From the NCBI GenBank assembly GCA_012269595.1, contig JAAXJX010000023.1, positions 996 to 64,995 on the forward strand: 64,000 nucleotides of DNA, written 5' to 3'. This DNA comes from Planctomycetia bacterium. Lineage in GTDB: Bacteria; Planctomycetota; UBA8108; UBA1146. Shown piece by piece: positions 1 to 9,421 of the stretch. A program made the translations under genes and the position numbers. The notes beneath the pieces were generated by a model. That model was not told the origin of the DNA, did not search any database, and was given only the letters and a program-made list of their open reading frames with translations. Each line of letters starts with the position of its first letter. The stretch's first letter is position 1.

Positions 1-1359
1 CTGCTTGGTGAACACGCTGACGGTGATCGGGATCATCGGGTAGACGCAGGGGGTGACCAATGCGAGGAACGCTCCACTGATGGCCAACAGAATCACGCCG
101 AGCAATCCCTGATCCTCGGTTTCAGACTGAATGTCCCCTCGGAATGCAGGGATTCTTTTCTCCGGGGAAACCTTGCCATCGATCCGCAGGGTGACGACGT
201 CTCCGCTTCCTATGGTGGAACCGGCTTCCAGAGTTGCGGTCAACTGCAAATCTTCATTGGCGAAGGTCGCCACGCGCGGGTCGCTCTCCTCAGCCAGCCC
301 TGGTGCCGAGCTTTCCTCAGCCCCAGATCCGCTTCCCACGGGAAGGTCGAGGTTCAATCTCTCTTCAGGCAGACACATCATGGCGTCGCACGACATCGAC
401 TCGACGATCAGCGGCAATGTACCCGAGGTCAGTTCTTCTTGGCCCTCATACTGGAGGGTGACCTCGAAGCGGGCCTTGCGCTGGTGCTTGATACTGTTTC
501 CACCGATCAGTGGATCAAAACCCTTGTAGGGTGCGGTCAGTTCCTTGACCTCGATCACTTTCAGGGAAGAACCATCCGCAGTGAGGAATCGGGTAGGGGT
601 GCCATTTTCGGGATTCATTTCAAGGCCGTAAATGTGCCAGCCCCGTTCGATCTCCGCTCCGACTTCCACCTTGAAGGTTTCACCAGGGATCACTTTCCCT
701 AGAGTGGGAACGGTCCATTTCACGGGAGAATCATCCGCCTGGAAGGTCGCAGTCGCCGCCTCTTTTCCGGGTACCTCTGTTCCCACCGTCACTTCTGTAC
801 TGAGTACGACCGTATTGGGCAGCAAACACTCCTTGGCATCGCAGGCCTGGTAGGTCACCGAAACCGTTACCGTCCGCGGTCCAGGCTGCGCATCCTCCGG
901 CGCACGAAGAGGGATCCTGAAGATCGTCTTTCCTTCGTGTTCGAGATAATACTCTTCACCGACTTCGCGCTCATGGGGCTCGGGCTCCGAGATCTCTCCG
1001 TCAAAGAGCAGGTCCTTCGATTCGAGAACCACGATGGAGGTGGCCACCCCCCACTCCGGATCCTGATTCAGTCCATAGATATGCCAGCCCCGCTCCATTG
1101 CGGCTTCGAGTTCGAGCTGGACGAGTCCCCCTGGAGCGAGACCCTCTGCTTTTTTGAGGCTCACCGTGACCGGGTTGTCCGATCCGAAGATGGCATCACC
1201 GAATCCACCGTCTCCAAATCCCCCTGCTCCCAATCCGTCCTGCTCCAGTTGGTCGAGCAGACCTCCTCCCGCCCCGGGCTGGGCCGGCAGGGTTTGACTG
1301 AAGCCTGGAAGGGTCAATATCGTGATCAGGGTCAGGACCCCCAGCAGGATATTTTTCAT
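1..1359 (-). CDS. dsbD: Thiol:disulfide interchange protein DsbD, N-terminal part only; the gene continues beyond the left edge. It has a signal peptide and two tandem DsbD-alpha-like domains, then the first membrane helix carrying the CVYPMIP motif. It is not on the ORF track because it runs off the window.
   Basis: Own translation of the reverse complement: MKNILLGVLTLITILTLPGF... with two ERGWHIYG + C-D-A-x-x-C segments, ending LVTPCVYPMIPITVSVFTKQ at nt 1. GAGGAG Shine-Dalgarno 8 nt upstream of the ATG at 1359. Confidence 0.75.
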   Translation of the reverse strand, partial: MKNILLGVLTLITILTLPGFSQTLPAQPGAGGGLLDQLEQDGLGAGGFGDGGFGDAIFGSDNPVTVSLKKAEGLAPGGLVQLELEAAMERGWHIYGLNQDPEWGVATSIVVLESKDLLFDGEISEPEPHEREVGEEYYLEHEGKTIFRIPLRAPEDAQPGPRTVTVSVTYQACDAKECLLPNTVVLSTEVTVGTEVPGKEAATATFQADDSPVKWTVPTLGKVIPGETFKVEVGAEIERGWHIYGLEMNPENGTPTRFLTADGSSLKVIEVKELTAPYKGFDPLIGGNSIKHQRKARFEVTLQYEGQEELTSGTLPLIVESMSCDAMMCLPEERLNLDLPVGSGSGAEESSAPGLAEESDPRVATFANEDLQLTATLEAGSTIGSGDVVTLRIDGKVSPEKRIPAFRGDIQSETEDQGLLGVILLAISGAFLALVTPCVYPMIPITVSVFTKQ

Positions 1360-1399
1360 CGGCAGAATCTCCTCAGAGTGATCTCGGATCGGCGGATTA

Positions 1400-1681
1400 T
1401 CAGCGGCTCGATTCGCGGGGGCCTTCGATGGCACGGACGATGTCCTCCTCAGGGAATGCACCTCCACCGGGGGTGTAGGCACGGACCCACTGGTCACCGA
1501 CGACGAGGAAGGGAATCCCCTTCTTGCCGGTTTCCTGCTCCAGGCGCTCGGCGGCACCTTCCACTTCGTCGATATTGACGACGTCGTATTCGACTCCGAG
1601 TCCATCCAGGAAGCGGACAGCAACAGTGCAATCAGGGCACCAGGGTGCGCTGTACAACTGGATTTTGGCGTGGTCACTCAT
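1400..1681 (-). CDS. Glutaredoxin-like / NrdH-YruB type small thioredoxin-fold protein (CPDC active site)
   Basis: 93 aa, ...YSAPWCPDCTVAVRFL...; size and CxxC context typical of glutaredoxin-like proteins; adjacent to dsbD. Confidence 0.75.
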   Translation of the reverse strand: MSDHAKIQLYSAPWCPDCTVAVRFLDGLGVEYDVVNIDEVEGAAERLEQETGKKGIPFLVVGDQWVRAYTPGGGAFPEEDIVRAIEGPRESSR

Positions 1682-1926
1682 CTCGGCCTCTTTTCAACAC
1701 AAGGAATGCGGGGAGGGCTCAATTTGACGTCGAGCCTGCCGCAACGGTCATGAAATGCTAGCACAACGGCCCTTCCAGGGCGACTAAAGGTGGTGTGCCG
1801 CAATCCTCTCCAGCCCTGAAAAATCCTCTGAATTCGTTGCTCAGGCGACTTGGACTCCGGTGCTTGAGGACGATATCCTGACGCCAGAGGTGAAGCTTCG
1901 GTTCCCGGTTCACTTCAGAGTCAGGA

Positions 1927-2823
1927 ATGATCGGGAAGAGTGACTTTTCACCCCCGGAATTACCCGCCTTGAAAGGTGGTCCCTTGAGAGACATGCGACA
2001 GACTTTTCGGATCGGTGAGAAGGAATTCGCTGCTCCCCTGTGGATCATCGGTCCCGACGTCATCGAGGATGAAGGCTTCGCCGTCGAGGTCGCCCACGTC
2101 ATCGCCGAGGCGGCCCAAAGACGAAACCTTCCGGTCATCTTCAAAGCCAGTTATGAAAAAGCGAATCGATCCAGTACTGATTCCTTCCGTGGTCCCGGAC
2201 TGGAAAAAGGCTTGCCCATCCTTGCTCGAATCCGTGAAGAGACCGGACTTCCGATCACCACCGACATTCATGACAATGAGCAGGCACAACGGGCCGCAGA
2301 AGTGGTCGACGTGCTGCAGATCCCCGCATTTCTCTGTCGCCAGAACTCCCTTCTGGAAGCTTCTGCTGCCACAGGGAAAATCGTCAATCTCAAGAAGGGG
2401 CAATTTCTTTCCCCCTGGGACATCGCCAGCCGTGTCAAGGTTCTCAACACCGCTGGAGCGGCGGATGTGTGGATCACGGAACGAGGTTCATCTTTTGGCT
2501 ACCAACGCCTGATCAACGATTTCCGTGCAATTCCCATCACCCAGGAAACCGGTGCAGCCCTGATCTTTGATGCGACTCACAGCGTCCAGACACCCGGCGG
2601 TGCTGAGGGGGTCTCGGGAGGAGAACGCCACTTCATTCCCGTTCTTGCACGCGCGGCGGCAGCAGCGGGTGCCGATGGTTTCTTTTTTGAAGTCCACCCG
2701 GATCCGGAGAAGGCACTCTGTGATGGCCCCAATGCCTTGCCCCTGGATCAACTCGATGCCCTTCTCAACCAGTTGGAGCCGATCGCCCGGGTGACACGGG
2801 AAATCCCTCCCCTGGACCTTTGA
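1927..2823 (+). CDS. kdsA: 3-deoxy-8-phosphooctulonate (KDO8P) synthase
   Basis: 298 aa with KdsA motifs (IIGPDVIEDE, QIPAFLCRQ, KKGQF, FDATHSVQ, GGERHFIP); start codon uncertain. Confidence 0.9.
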   Translation: MIGKSDFSPPELPALKGGPLRDMRQTFRIGEKEFAAPLWIIGPDVIEDEGFAVEVAHVIAEAAQRRNLPVIFKASYEKANRSSTDSFRGPGLEKGLPILARIREETGLPITTDIHDNEQAQRAAEVVDVLQIPAFLCRQNSLLEASAATGKIVNLKKGQFLSPWDIASRVKVLNTAGAADVWITERGSSFGYQRLINDFRAIPITQETGAALIFDATHSVQTPGGAEGVSGGERHFIPVLARAAAAAGADGFFFEVHPDPEKALCDGPNALPLDQLDALLNQLEPIARVTREIPPLDL

Positions 2824-2827
2824 TCCC

Positions 2828-3562
2828 ATGGTCGCTCCCCTGCGACAGTGGAAGGTTCGGGTCGTTATTCCCGCATTGAATGAAGAACTCTCCTTGGGTG
2901 AGGTCCTTCGGGCTCTTCCAGAAGATCAGGTGACTTCGATTCACGTCGCCGACAACGGTTCCACGGACAGAACCGCAGAAGTTGCCGCCGGACAGGGCGC
3001 AAGAGTGGTTCATGAACCCCGCAAGGGTTACGGATCAGCCTGTCTTGCCGCCCTCGGAGATGTGCGATCGGTCATCGAAGATCCCGAAAAGGAAATCGTG
3101 GTCTTTCTCGATGCAGACTTTTCCGATGATCCGACCTGCCTGCCCATTCTGATCGAACCCCTGATTCGGGGAGAAGCGGACCTGGTCCTCGGCAATCGCG
3201 CACATCGTGGAATCTCCAAGGGAGCCCTGACCCCCCAGCAACGATTCGGGAACCGCCTTGCCACCCTCCTGATCCGTTTGATTCATGGTGTGAGTTACCG
3301 GGATCTGGGCCCCTTTCGGGCTCTTCGTTGGGAAACTCTGGAACAAATGAAAATGCAGGATCCGGACTTTGGCTGGACCGTGGAAATGCAAATCAAGGCC
3401 GCCCGAATGAACTTGCGCTTCAGGGAAATCGATCTCCCTTACCGCCCCCGAATCGGAACCTCAAAAATTTCCGGCACCCTGAAAGGCTCATTTCAGGCCG
3501 GAGTAAAAATCATGTCATGGGTTTTACGGGACCTCTGGGCAGGCCCTCGCAATCAAACTTGA
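2828..3562 (+). CDS. Family 2 glycosyltransferase (dolichyl-phosphate mannosyltransferase-like)
   Basis: VVIPALNEE...DNGSTDRT...FLDADFSDDP motifs of GT2 (DxD); 5 bp after kdsA. Confidence 0.8.
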   Translation: MVAPLRQWKVRVVIPALNEELSLGEVLRALPEDQVTSIHVADNGSTDRTAEVAAGQGARVVHEPRKGYGSACLAALGDVRSVIEDPEKEIVVFLDADFSDDPTCLPILIEPLIRGEADLVLGNRAHRGISKGALTPQQRFGNRLATLLIRLIHGVSYRDLGPFRALRWETLEQMKMQDPDFGWTVEMQIKAARMNLRFREIDLPYRPRIGTSKISGTLKGSFQAGVKIMSWVLRDLWAGPRNQT

Positions 3563-3615
3563 ATCGGTGCACACTGCACCTTGACCATTGGGTTTGTATT
3601 TTGAATCGGGGACTC

Positions 3616-3939
3616 TTGGACGGCATCTCTTGTGACCGCTGTGGAAAAAGCCTTCTGATCGACGAAGAGGTTCGTTATCAGGTGAAGGTCGTCGTCCAGG
3701 CCGCCTATGATCCCATGGAAATTTCAGCGGAAGACTTGCAGGGAACCGGACCCGAATCCTGGAAAAGCCTGATCAAATCCCTCGAAAATCTCAGTGCCGA
3801 GGAAGCACAGGACCAGGTCTACCGGGAGATTCGCTTCGACCTCTGTCCCCCGTGCCAGAAGATCTACCTGACCAATCCCATCCCCGGAACAGATGTCAGT
3901 GGATCTTCCAATGCCAGTGGTTCGGGAATTTCCACATAG
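3616..3939 (+). CDS. Small hypothetical zinc-ribbon protein (CxxC ... CxxC). The start is tentative (TTG at 3616 with a GGGGA Shine-Dalgarno); the tracked ORF 3328-3939 overlaps the GT2 gene in another frame.
   Basis: CDRCGK ... CPPCQK pairs about 70 aa apart; only the part downstream of the GT2 stop can be an independent gene. Confidence 0.35.
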   Translation: MDGISCDRCGKSLLIDEEVRYQVKVVVQAAYDPMEISAEDLQGTGPESWKSLIKSLENLSAEEAQDQVYREIRFDLCPPCQKIYLTNPIPGTDVSGSSNASGSGIST

Positions 3940-4931
3940 ATCTCTCCCACCTGTTTTCCCGACACGTTTGTCACACGAGGAGGATGATCGGTGATCCAGC
4001 GATCAAAGGTGGTTTCGTCGATCCAGTGAACTCTCTTGAGCAGGTGTGGAATCACGTGGATCAGTCCTCGATCTGCGCCGTCGTGACTCTTGATCACCAA
4101 TGATCCTTTTTTGCCCCAGATCACCATGACGCCTTCCGCCCCTTCCTTGGCCCGAAATTTTCCGGCCAGGTACGGTCTCCAGAGGAGAGGAAGCCGTCCC
4201 TCACCGCTGAATGCCTTGGGGTGGGAATCGATGGCGTCGTGGACCCTTTGCACCCTGTTTTCCAGACCACAACCCTTGAGAAACTCCGTGTGATGCAGTC
4301 GCTGGAACGCCCTTGCGATCGAGAGCAAAGGCATGTGGTAAGTGGGTGCTCCACAACCGTCGGTCCCGTAACGTTCCTCTGTGAGCACCTCACCACTGAA
4401 GAGCTCAATCATTGCACGAATCGCTCGCTGAAGGGGATGCCTGAACTCAAGGTAGTCTGCCAGGTCGTACTGTTGGTGGATGGCCGCCAGCAACATGCCG
4501 CTGTGTTTGCCTGAGCAATTGTTGCAGGTGGCGTCCAGAGGTTCCTTTTCAGACAACATTCTCTGCCTCTGCCTGCGAGAAAAGGGCGCGTGAATTCCAC
4601 ACTTGAGGTCACTGATGGAAAGATCACCCTTGGCGAGAAGGCCTCTGACAAGATCCCTGTGCAACTCTTCTCCCGCATGACTGGCACAAATCACGGCCAG
4701 TTCGCGAGGTGTCAGTGTGTAAGCCTCATCGATTCCGGCACGCAGGAGAGAGAGGGCCTGAAAGGGTTTCGCAACAGAGCGGAGAAATGTCCCCCTGTCG
4801 GCAGCTCCAAACAAGAGCGGGCTGCCACCATGGGGATACATGATCGCAGTGGCCGAATGGCGGGATTCTTCACAGGTCCCCCTGCCAACGATCGTTTGAA
4901 TCTGGAATAGATTTTCAGTGTGACCGGCCAA
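3864..4931 (-). CDS. L-asparaginase II family protein (Rhizobium etli ReAV-type, class 3 asparaginase)
   Basis: RSVAKPFQALSLL, ICASHAGEELH, CNNCSGKHSGML, YGTDGCGAPT and SGEGRL match conserved blocks of the ReAV/AnsA family. Confidence 0.8.
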   Translation of the reverse strand: MAGHTENLFQIQTIVGRGTCEESRHSATAIMYPHGGSPLLFGAADRGTFLRSVAKPFQALSLLRAGIDEAYTLTPRELAVICASHAGEELHRDLVRGLLAKGDLSISDLKCGIHAPFSRRQRQRMLSEKEPLDATCNNCSGKHSGMLLAAIHQQYDLADYLEFRHPLQRAIRAMIELFSGEVLTEERYGTDGCGAPTYHMPLLSIARAFQRLHHTEFLKGCGLENRVQRVHDAIDSHPKAFSGEGRLPLLWRPYLAGKFRAKEGAEGVMVIWGKKGSLVIKSHDGADRGLIHVIPHLLKRVHWIDETTFDRWITDHPPRVTNVSGKQVGEIYVEIPEPLALEDPLTSVPGMGLVR

Positions 4932-4948
4932 TAATGCCTCCGCGGCGA

Positions 4949-7558
4949 TTACTCCCTGACCGGCTCCTCACTGACTTCTTCGACAGGGGCCGGATCGGTT
5001 TCTTTTTCAATAGGCTCCGATCGAGCTTCCAGCGCATCGATACGGTTCAATATAGTTTCCCGTTCAGATCGCTCTTCCGCTAGCACTCTTAAGGCACGAA
5101 TCAACTCTGCTTCCGCAGTTTCGAGTCTGTTTTGTTCCAATTGATCCAATAACCATGTCCACGGATCTCTGGAGAAGTAGCTTTTCACTGACGGAACACC
5201 ACTCCCGGTGGTGACGGCCTCGAGATAGACCGTGAAAGACTGGATGATTCTGGGAGCTGCGCCTGCCCCCAATGCTTCGGAGACCACTGCACGTCCATCG
5301 ATTTCCCGGGCCAGTTGGCGTAAACGGGCGACCGCTTCTGCATGCGGACCCGTGACGGGCTCGCTGCCGATCAATGCCAGTGAATCCACCAGTTCCTGTT
5401 TCATGTCATTCCAGGCAACATCGTCAGCAGCCGCTTCCGACTGAACTCCAGCAGAGGTCCGTGCCAGATAATCCTGAATAAGGACTTCGAACCGCCTGGC
5501 CTGCAATTGAATCCAACGCTGGAACCTCTGAGGGTCACGATCGCGGAGATCGGTCGGCTGTACCTTCGCCCGCAGCAGGTCAATGAGTGAAGACGATTCC
5601 AGAAGTTTGGATCCCCAGGGGTTCAACTCGCCTTCAGCGTTGAGCAGGAATACCTGAGCCAACTGCAGGGTTTCATCCCCCACAACCTGTGTCGTCGCCA
5701 ATTTGAGAGCGGACTCCCGGAGCGTATCAGAGGATGAAATCTCTCCCAGAATCCTGACGATTCCACTGACCGCCTCGCTTCCGCCAATCGAGCCAATCAT
5801 TGCCAGGGCAGCTCCACGTTCCGCCTCACTCTCCCCGGCCCCCTGCAGGACCATCGAGACGAGAATGGGAATCCCCTCCGGAACACCCAGTCGTCCGATG
5901 CCATTGATGGCCAATGAGCGAATGTTGGACTCTTTTGTCGCTTTGATCAGTTCATCGTAATACTGCAAGACCTGGCCCACAGAAGACTGCGGTACCTGGC
6001 CATAGACCAGAGCTTCCAGGACCACTTCTCCCAGAGGCGGACTCAGTCTGGCAACACGGAAGAGAATACCCACTGTGTTTTCAGAGAACCCGATGGTTCG
6101 GGCTGCCCCTACCAATCGCCGGATTTCGGCACCATCGACTTTTTTATCCACCCCGGGAATAAACCGGATGATGGCGGCGTCGACTTCGTCGGAAACAGGA
6201 GCACGCAAGGCCATCGCGGTACTCAAGGCCTCCCGAGCCAGTCTTCGGGATCCGTTGGTCAGATCCGGGTTCAATCGGGAGATGTGGAATCGAAGGATCT
6301 GAAGAAGATCGGATTCCTCCCTGAAATCTTCAAATTCCCTCAGGGAAGAGAGGCTCAAAAGTGCGAGTTGCTGAAAGCGGGCAGTACTTCTGGCGCTGTT
6401 GGAACCCTCCTGAAGTACCGAGATCAAACGCTCGACGATGGGCCTGAAGAGGCGAACCCGGTTTTCACTTCCGCCATTCGAGTCAGAGGAGGCATATTCC
6501 TTGGAAAACTCACCGGCTCGACTGATCGCTGCAGACCGGATTCGATGGGTCTCGGCATTCGACATCGATTCGATCAACCAGTTCAGGTATCGCTCGGGAT
6601 TGCTTCCGGCGCGGAGATATTGATCCGCACGATTCCACATCGCCAATTCCCGCTCCTGGCCTGCCTCTTCCGTCCTGGCAACGATGCCATCCAGAATCGG
6701 CAAATCACCATTGGAGTCCCACCAGGCAATCCAGCCCGCCTGATCAAGTTCCAGTTTCATGAACTCACCCAAAGACGACAGAATCGTGGGTGTAGCGGTT
6801 TCAGCGGAATCACGCAGTCGATCGATGGCCGCCTCGATCACGGCTCGGGGATCACCCACGGTCAAAACGTCAAAGAGACGGGCCACCTGCAGCGGGTCAG
6901 TGGCCACTCGAAATTCCGTGATCAATCGGTCGCGAACCACTTCATCCAGAGACCATTTGCGGAAACTGTTTTCGACTTCCTCAAGGAAGGGCCAATTGGC
7001 TTCCTGCCGCAGCAAAACTGTCAGGATCAGAATGCCGGTGTTGCTGTTCGTGATCAGTTCATCCTGAAGGATCATTCGGGTGCGCACAGGATTTTCCAGA
7101 GCACGATCCGTCAGCATTTCAAGGATCAGGGGATTGATCCATTGAGGCGGGTCTTCCCGCTCCAGTCGGGCTCCAAGAAGCGTCATCGCCCGAACCCAGT
7201 CCGAGTTTTCAGAAGAATCGAAGAAACTGCGGACCTTTTTGCGCAACTGCTCGTCGGGATCCTCTTCGGCTGCAGGATCCTGGGGATCCTGTTTTTGGCC
7301 CGACTCCGCTGAGGGAATTGTGACCGGTGGATCCTGAGCTTCCTGACTCTGGATCTCCTCAACAGGGAGAGCCTTTGCCGGTTCCACCCTGACCGGTGTC
7401 TCAATCGAGACGCCATCGGCGGGTTCCTGTGAATACGCTTGATTCGAAACAGAAATCAGTCCGAGGGTGGAGAACACGTTCAGGAAAATGATCCAGAGCA
7501 AGAAAACCCCGGGAATCGGTGCTCTGCTCTCTGACCTGAAATTACCCCTGTCATCCAT
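4949..7558 (-). CDS. Large secreted HEAT/PBS-lyase-like repeat protein. The likely start is the internal ATG at 7558, which gives a signal peptide IPGVFLLWIIFLNVFSTLGLISVSNQAYSQ; the tracked ORF extends to 7687.
   Basis: 912-aa ORF, alpha-helical repeat composition (LAMIGSIGGSEAVSGIVRILG etc.), acidic C-terminus. Confidence 0.6.
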   Translation of the reverse strand: MDDRGNFRSESRAPIPGVFLLWIIFLNVFSTLGLISVSNQAYSQEPADGVSIETPVRVEPAKALPVEEIQSQEAQDPPVTIPSAESGQKQDPQDPAAEEDPDEQLRKKVRSFFDSSENSDWVRAMTLLGARLEREDPPQWINPLILEMLTDRALENPVRTRMILQDELITNSNTGILILTVLLRQEANWPFLEEVENSFRKWSLDEVVRDRLITEFRVATDPLQVARLFDVLTVGDPRAVIEAAIDRLRDSAETATPTILSSLGEFMKLELDQAGWIAWWDSNGDLPILDGIVARTEEAGQERELAMWNRADQYLRAGSNPERYLNWLIESMSNAETHRIRSAAISRAGEFSKEYASSDSNGGSENRVRLFRPIVERLISVLQEGSNSARSTARFQQLALLSLSSLREFEDFREESDLLQILRFHISRLNPDLTNGSRRLAREALSTAMALRAPVSDEVDAAIIRFIPGVDKKVDGAEIRRLVGAARTIGFSENTVGILFRVARLSPPLGEVVLEALVYGQVPQSSVGQVLQYYDELIKATKESNIRSLAINGIGRLGVPEGIPILVSMVLQGAGESEAERGAALAMIGSIGGSEAVSGIVRILGEISSSDTLRESALKLATTQVVGDETLQLAQVFLLNAEGELNPWGSKLLESSSLIDLLRAKVQPTDLRDRDPQRFQRWIQLQARRFEVLIQDYLARTSAGVQSEAAADDVAWNDMKQELVDSLALIGSEPVTGPHAEAVARLRQLAREIDGRAVVSEALGAGAAPRIIQSFTVYLEAVTTGSGVPSVKSYFSRDPWTWLLDQLEQNRLETAEAELIRALRVLAEERSERETILNRIDALEARSEPIEKETDPAPVEEVSEEPVRE

Positions 7559-7703
7559 CGATCGGATTCCTTTGATCGACAAATTATTCCCCCTGAACTT
7601 CACGCGCTTGTGCCCAATCCTCTTTTGCCAAATTAATTGGATTCCGAAAGGTCTATCCCTGAATCCCGAAGGGTGATTCAGAAGCAAAACCCCGCTGAGA
7701 GAG

Positions 7704-7717
7704 TGACGGCGCCGTCA
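7704..7717. promoter_or_regulatory. Perfect 14-bp palindrome TGACGGCGCCGTCA in the spoVG/HEAT-protein intergenic region (possible operator or terminator stem)
   Basis: seen directly in sequence; 146 bp upstream of the proposed HEAT-protein start. Confidence 0.3.
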
Positions 7718-7823
7718 GTGGAAACGTGCCCACAAAACACGAAGGGTCCCGGTACCCTGCTCAAGCCTGAACAGTGTACTCCCTGACAGGGATCTTGACT
7801 GCCTGATTCTCTGAAGAACCTGA

Positions 7824-8402
7824 TTAGAAAATGCCGGTGCTGAAATTGTCATCCGGAGGAGGCATCGACTCCTCCGACTCTGTCGGTTCCGGCTTGTTGA
7901 GGAATTCTGCTTCGGAAGCTCTCTCGCGCTCCACATCCTCCAGGGGCCCCCGGGGTGCAGGCTGTTCACGACGTTCACGTTCCGGAGCACGATTCTGCCT
8001 CTCGGTGGAGCGCTCCTCCTCGTAGTCGTCCTCTTCATCGAGGAAATTATCGTAGGCATCCAAAACCGAATCCTGAATCTCTTCACGGAATTCGGTCACG
8101 ATGGGGTGGGCGATGTCTGCGTGAAGCTTGCTGCGTCCCTGCTCGACCTGATCAGAAAGTGAGCGATCGATGGAATTTCCACACTGATTGCAATAGTTGC
8201 TGCGAACCACGTTTTTAAAATTGCACCCGGGGCAACGAACCGTCAACTTCCGGCTCGGCATGGCAATGAACAGGCCCTTGCTGCCTTCGATCACGCGAAT
8301 ATCACGGACGACAAAGCAGTGATCGAATGTGACGCTGCAAAAAGCCTTGAGCTTGTCTTCCTTGGATCCCGCAGGACTGACTCGAATTTCAGTAATTTCC
8401 AA
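7824..8402 (-). CDS. spoVG: SpoVG family protein with an inserted C4 zinc ribbon and a long acidic C-terminal tail
   Basis: MEITEIRV...LKAFCSVTFDHCFVVRDIRVIEGSKGLFIAMPS...DIAHPI is the SpoVG core; about 35 aa inserted (CPGCNFKNVVRSNYCNQCG) where Bacillus/Staphylococcus have RTPDGEFR. Confidence 0.8.
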   Translation of the reverse strand: MEITEIRVSPAGSKEDKLKAFCSVTFDHCFVVRDIRVIEGSKGLFIAMPSRKLTVRCPGCNFKNVVRSNYCNQCGNSIDRSLSDQVEQGRSKLHADIAHPIVTEFREEIQDSVLDAYDNFLDEEDDYEEERSTERQNRAPERERREQPAPRGPLEDVERERASEAEFLNKPEPTESEESMPPPDDNFSTGIF

Positions 8403-8470
8403 GGGGCCTCACCTTCCTGTCTCCGACCGAACTGGTGGTCAACAAATTTGCAGGACCAGGCGAAGACGTG

Positions 8471-9421
8471 TCAGGAACCGGTCAGCAACGAAACCACATG
8501 GATCTCGTCACCATGAATACCGTCAACTGAGGCGTCATCTCCCGCCCGGAATCTGGAAGCGATCAACCCTCTCAGAAGGGTGGCATCCGCCTCAGAAGCT
8601 TCAGGGCCAGCAGCAAAAATGACAAAACCAGAGCCACTTCCGGTCATGATCCAGCGACCGGAAAAATGATCTTCCAGCAGATCGGAGATCAGGGCGATTC
8701 TGGGATCCAGCGTCCTCGCTCCATCGAGCAGTCGATTGAACAGATGCCGGAATCCTTCCTGCCCATGCCGGAAGTTCTTTATATTGAAATTGCGACACAT
8801 ATGGCCGGATGTCAAGGGACCGCTCAACTGCTGATAAACCTCCGCAGTGCTGAGACCAAAGCCCGGATACCAGATGCACGCATGGGGAGAGAGCCCCGTA
8901 AATAAAGGCTCCTGTATGGCTTCGAGAATTTCTCCGCGACCGCGGACCACTGCAGGTCCATCTCCCAGAAAAAAGGAAATATCAGAACCCAGCTCCTCTG
9001 CATCCGCTAACACCCCTGCCCATCCACGGGGATCAGGATACCGTCGATGAAGGCACTTCAGGATGGCTGCAGCATTTCCGCTGCCTCCACCCAAACCCGC
9101 CTGCGCCGGAATCCTTTTGATCAATTCCATCTGTACCGGGGGAATCGGTCGACTCTGGCGAGCTTGATGAAGCGCTTTGAGAACCAGATTGGAGGGGTCC
9201 GCAGGGGCTCCCCCTTCCGGTACTTCCAACAGATCTTCCGGGGCGTCGAACGTCAGAGCGAGGTGATCCACCAATGTGGTCGGCACCATCAATGAAACCA
9301 GTTCATGAAAGCCATCGTCACGGCGCCCCAGAATTTCCAGCCACAAATTGATCTTGGCCGGGGAGGTGACGGTGAGTGTATGTTCAGTTTCTCTCACCAC
9401 CGGAATCATGGGCGCATTCAT
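8471..9421 (-). CDS. ispE: 4-diphosphocytidyl-2-C-methyl-D-erythritol kinase
   Basis: AKINLWLEILGRRDDGFHEL, GLGGGSGNAAA GHMP-kinase motifs. Confidence 0.85.
   Translation of the reverse strand: MNAPMIPVVRETEHTLTVTSPAKINLWLEILGRRDDGFHELVSLMVPTTLVDHLALTFDAPEDLLEVPEGGAPADPSNLVLKALHQARQSRPIPPVQMELIKRIPAQAGLGGGSGNAAAILKCLHRRYPDPRGWAGVLADAEELGSDISFFLGDGPAVVRGRGEILEAIQEPLFTGLSPHACIWYPGFGLSTAEVYQQLSGPLTSGHMCRNFNIKNFRHGQEGFRHLFNRLLDGARTLDPRIALISDLLEDHFSGRWIMTGSGSGFVIFAAGPEASEADATLLRGLIASRFRAGDDASVDGIHGDEIHVVSLLTGS

Noticed and set aside
131-1578. Plus-strand ORFs 131-529, 234-461, 439-702 and 937-1578 at the left edge
   Set aside because: They overlap the well-supported minus-strand DsbD coding region and are Arg/Ser/Pro-rich with no motifs.
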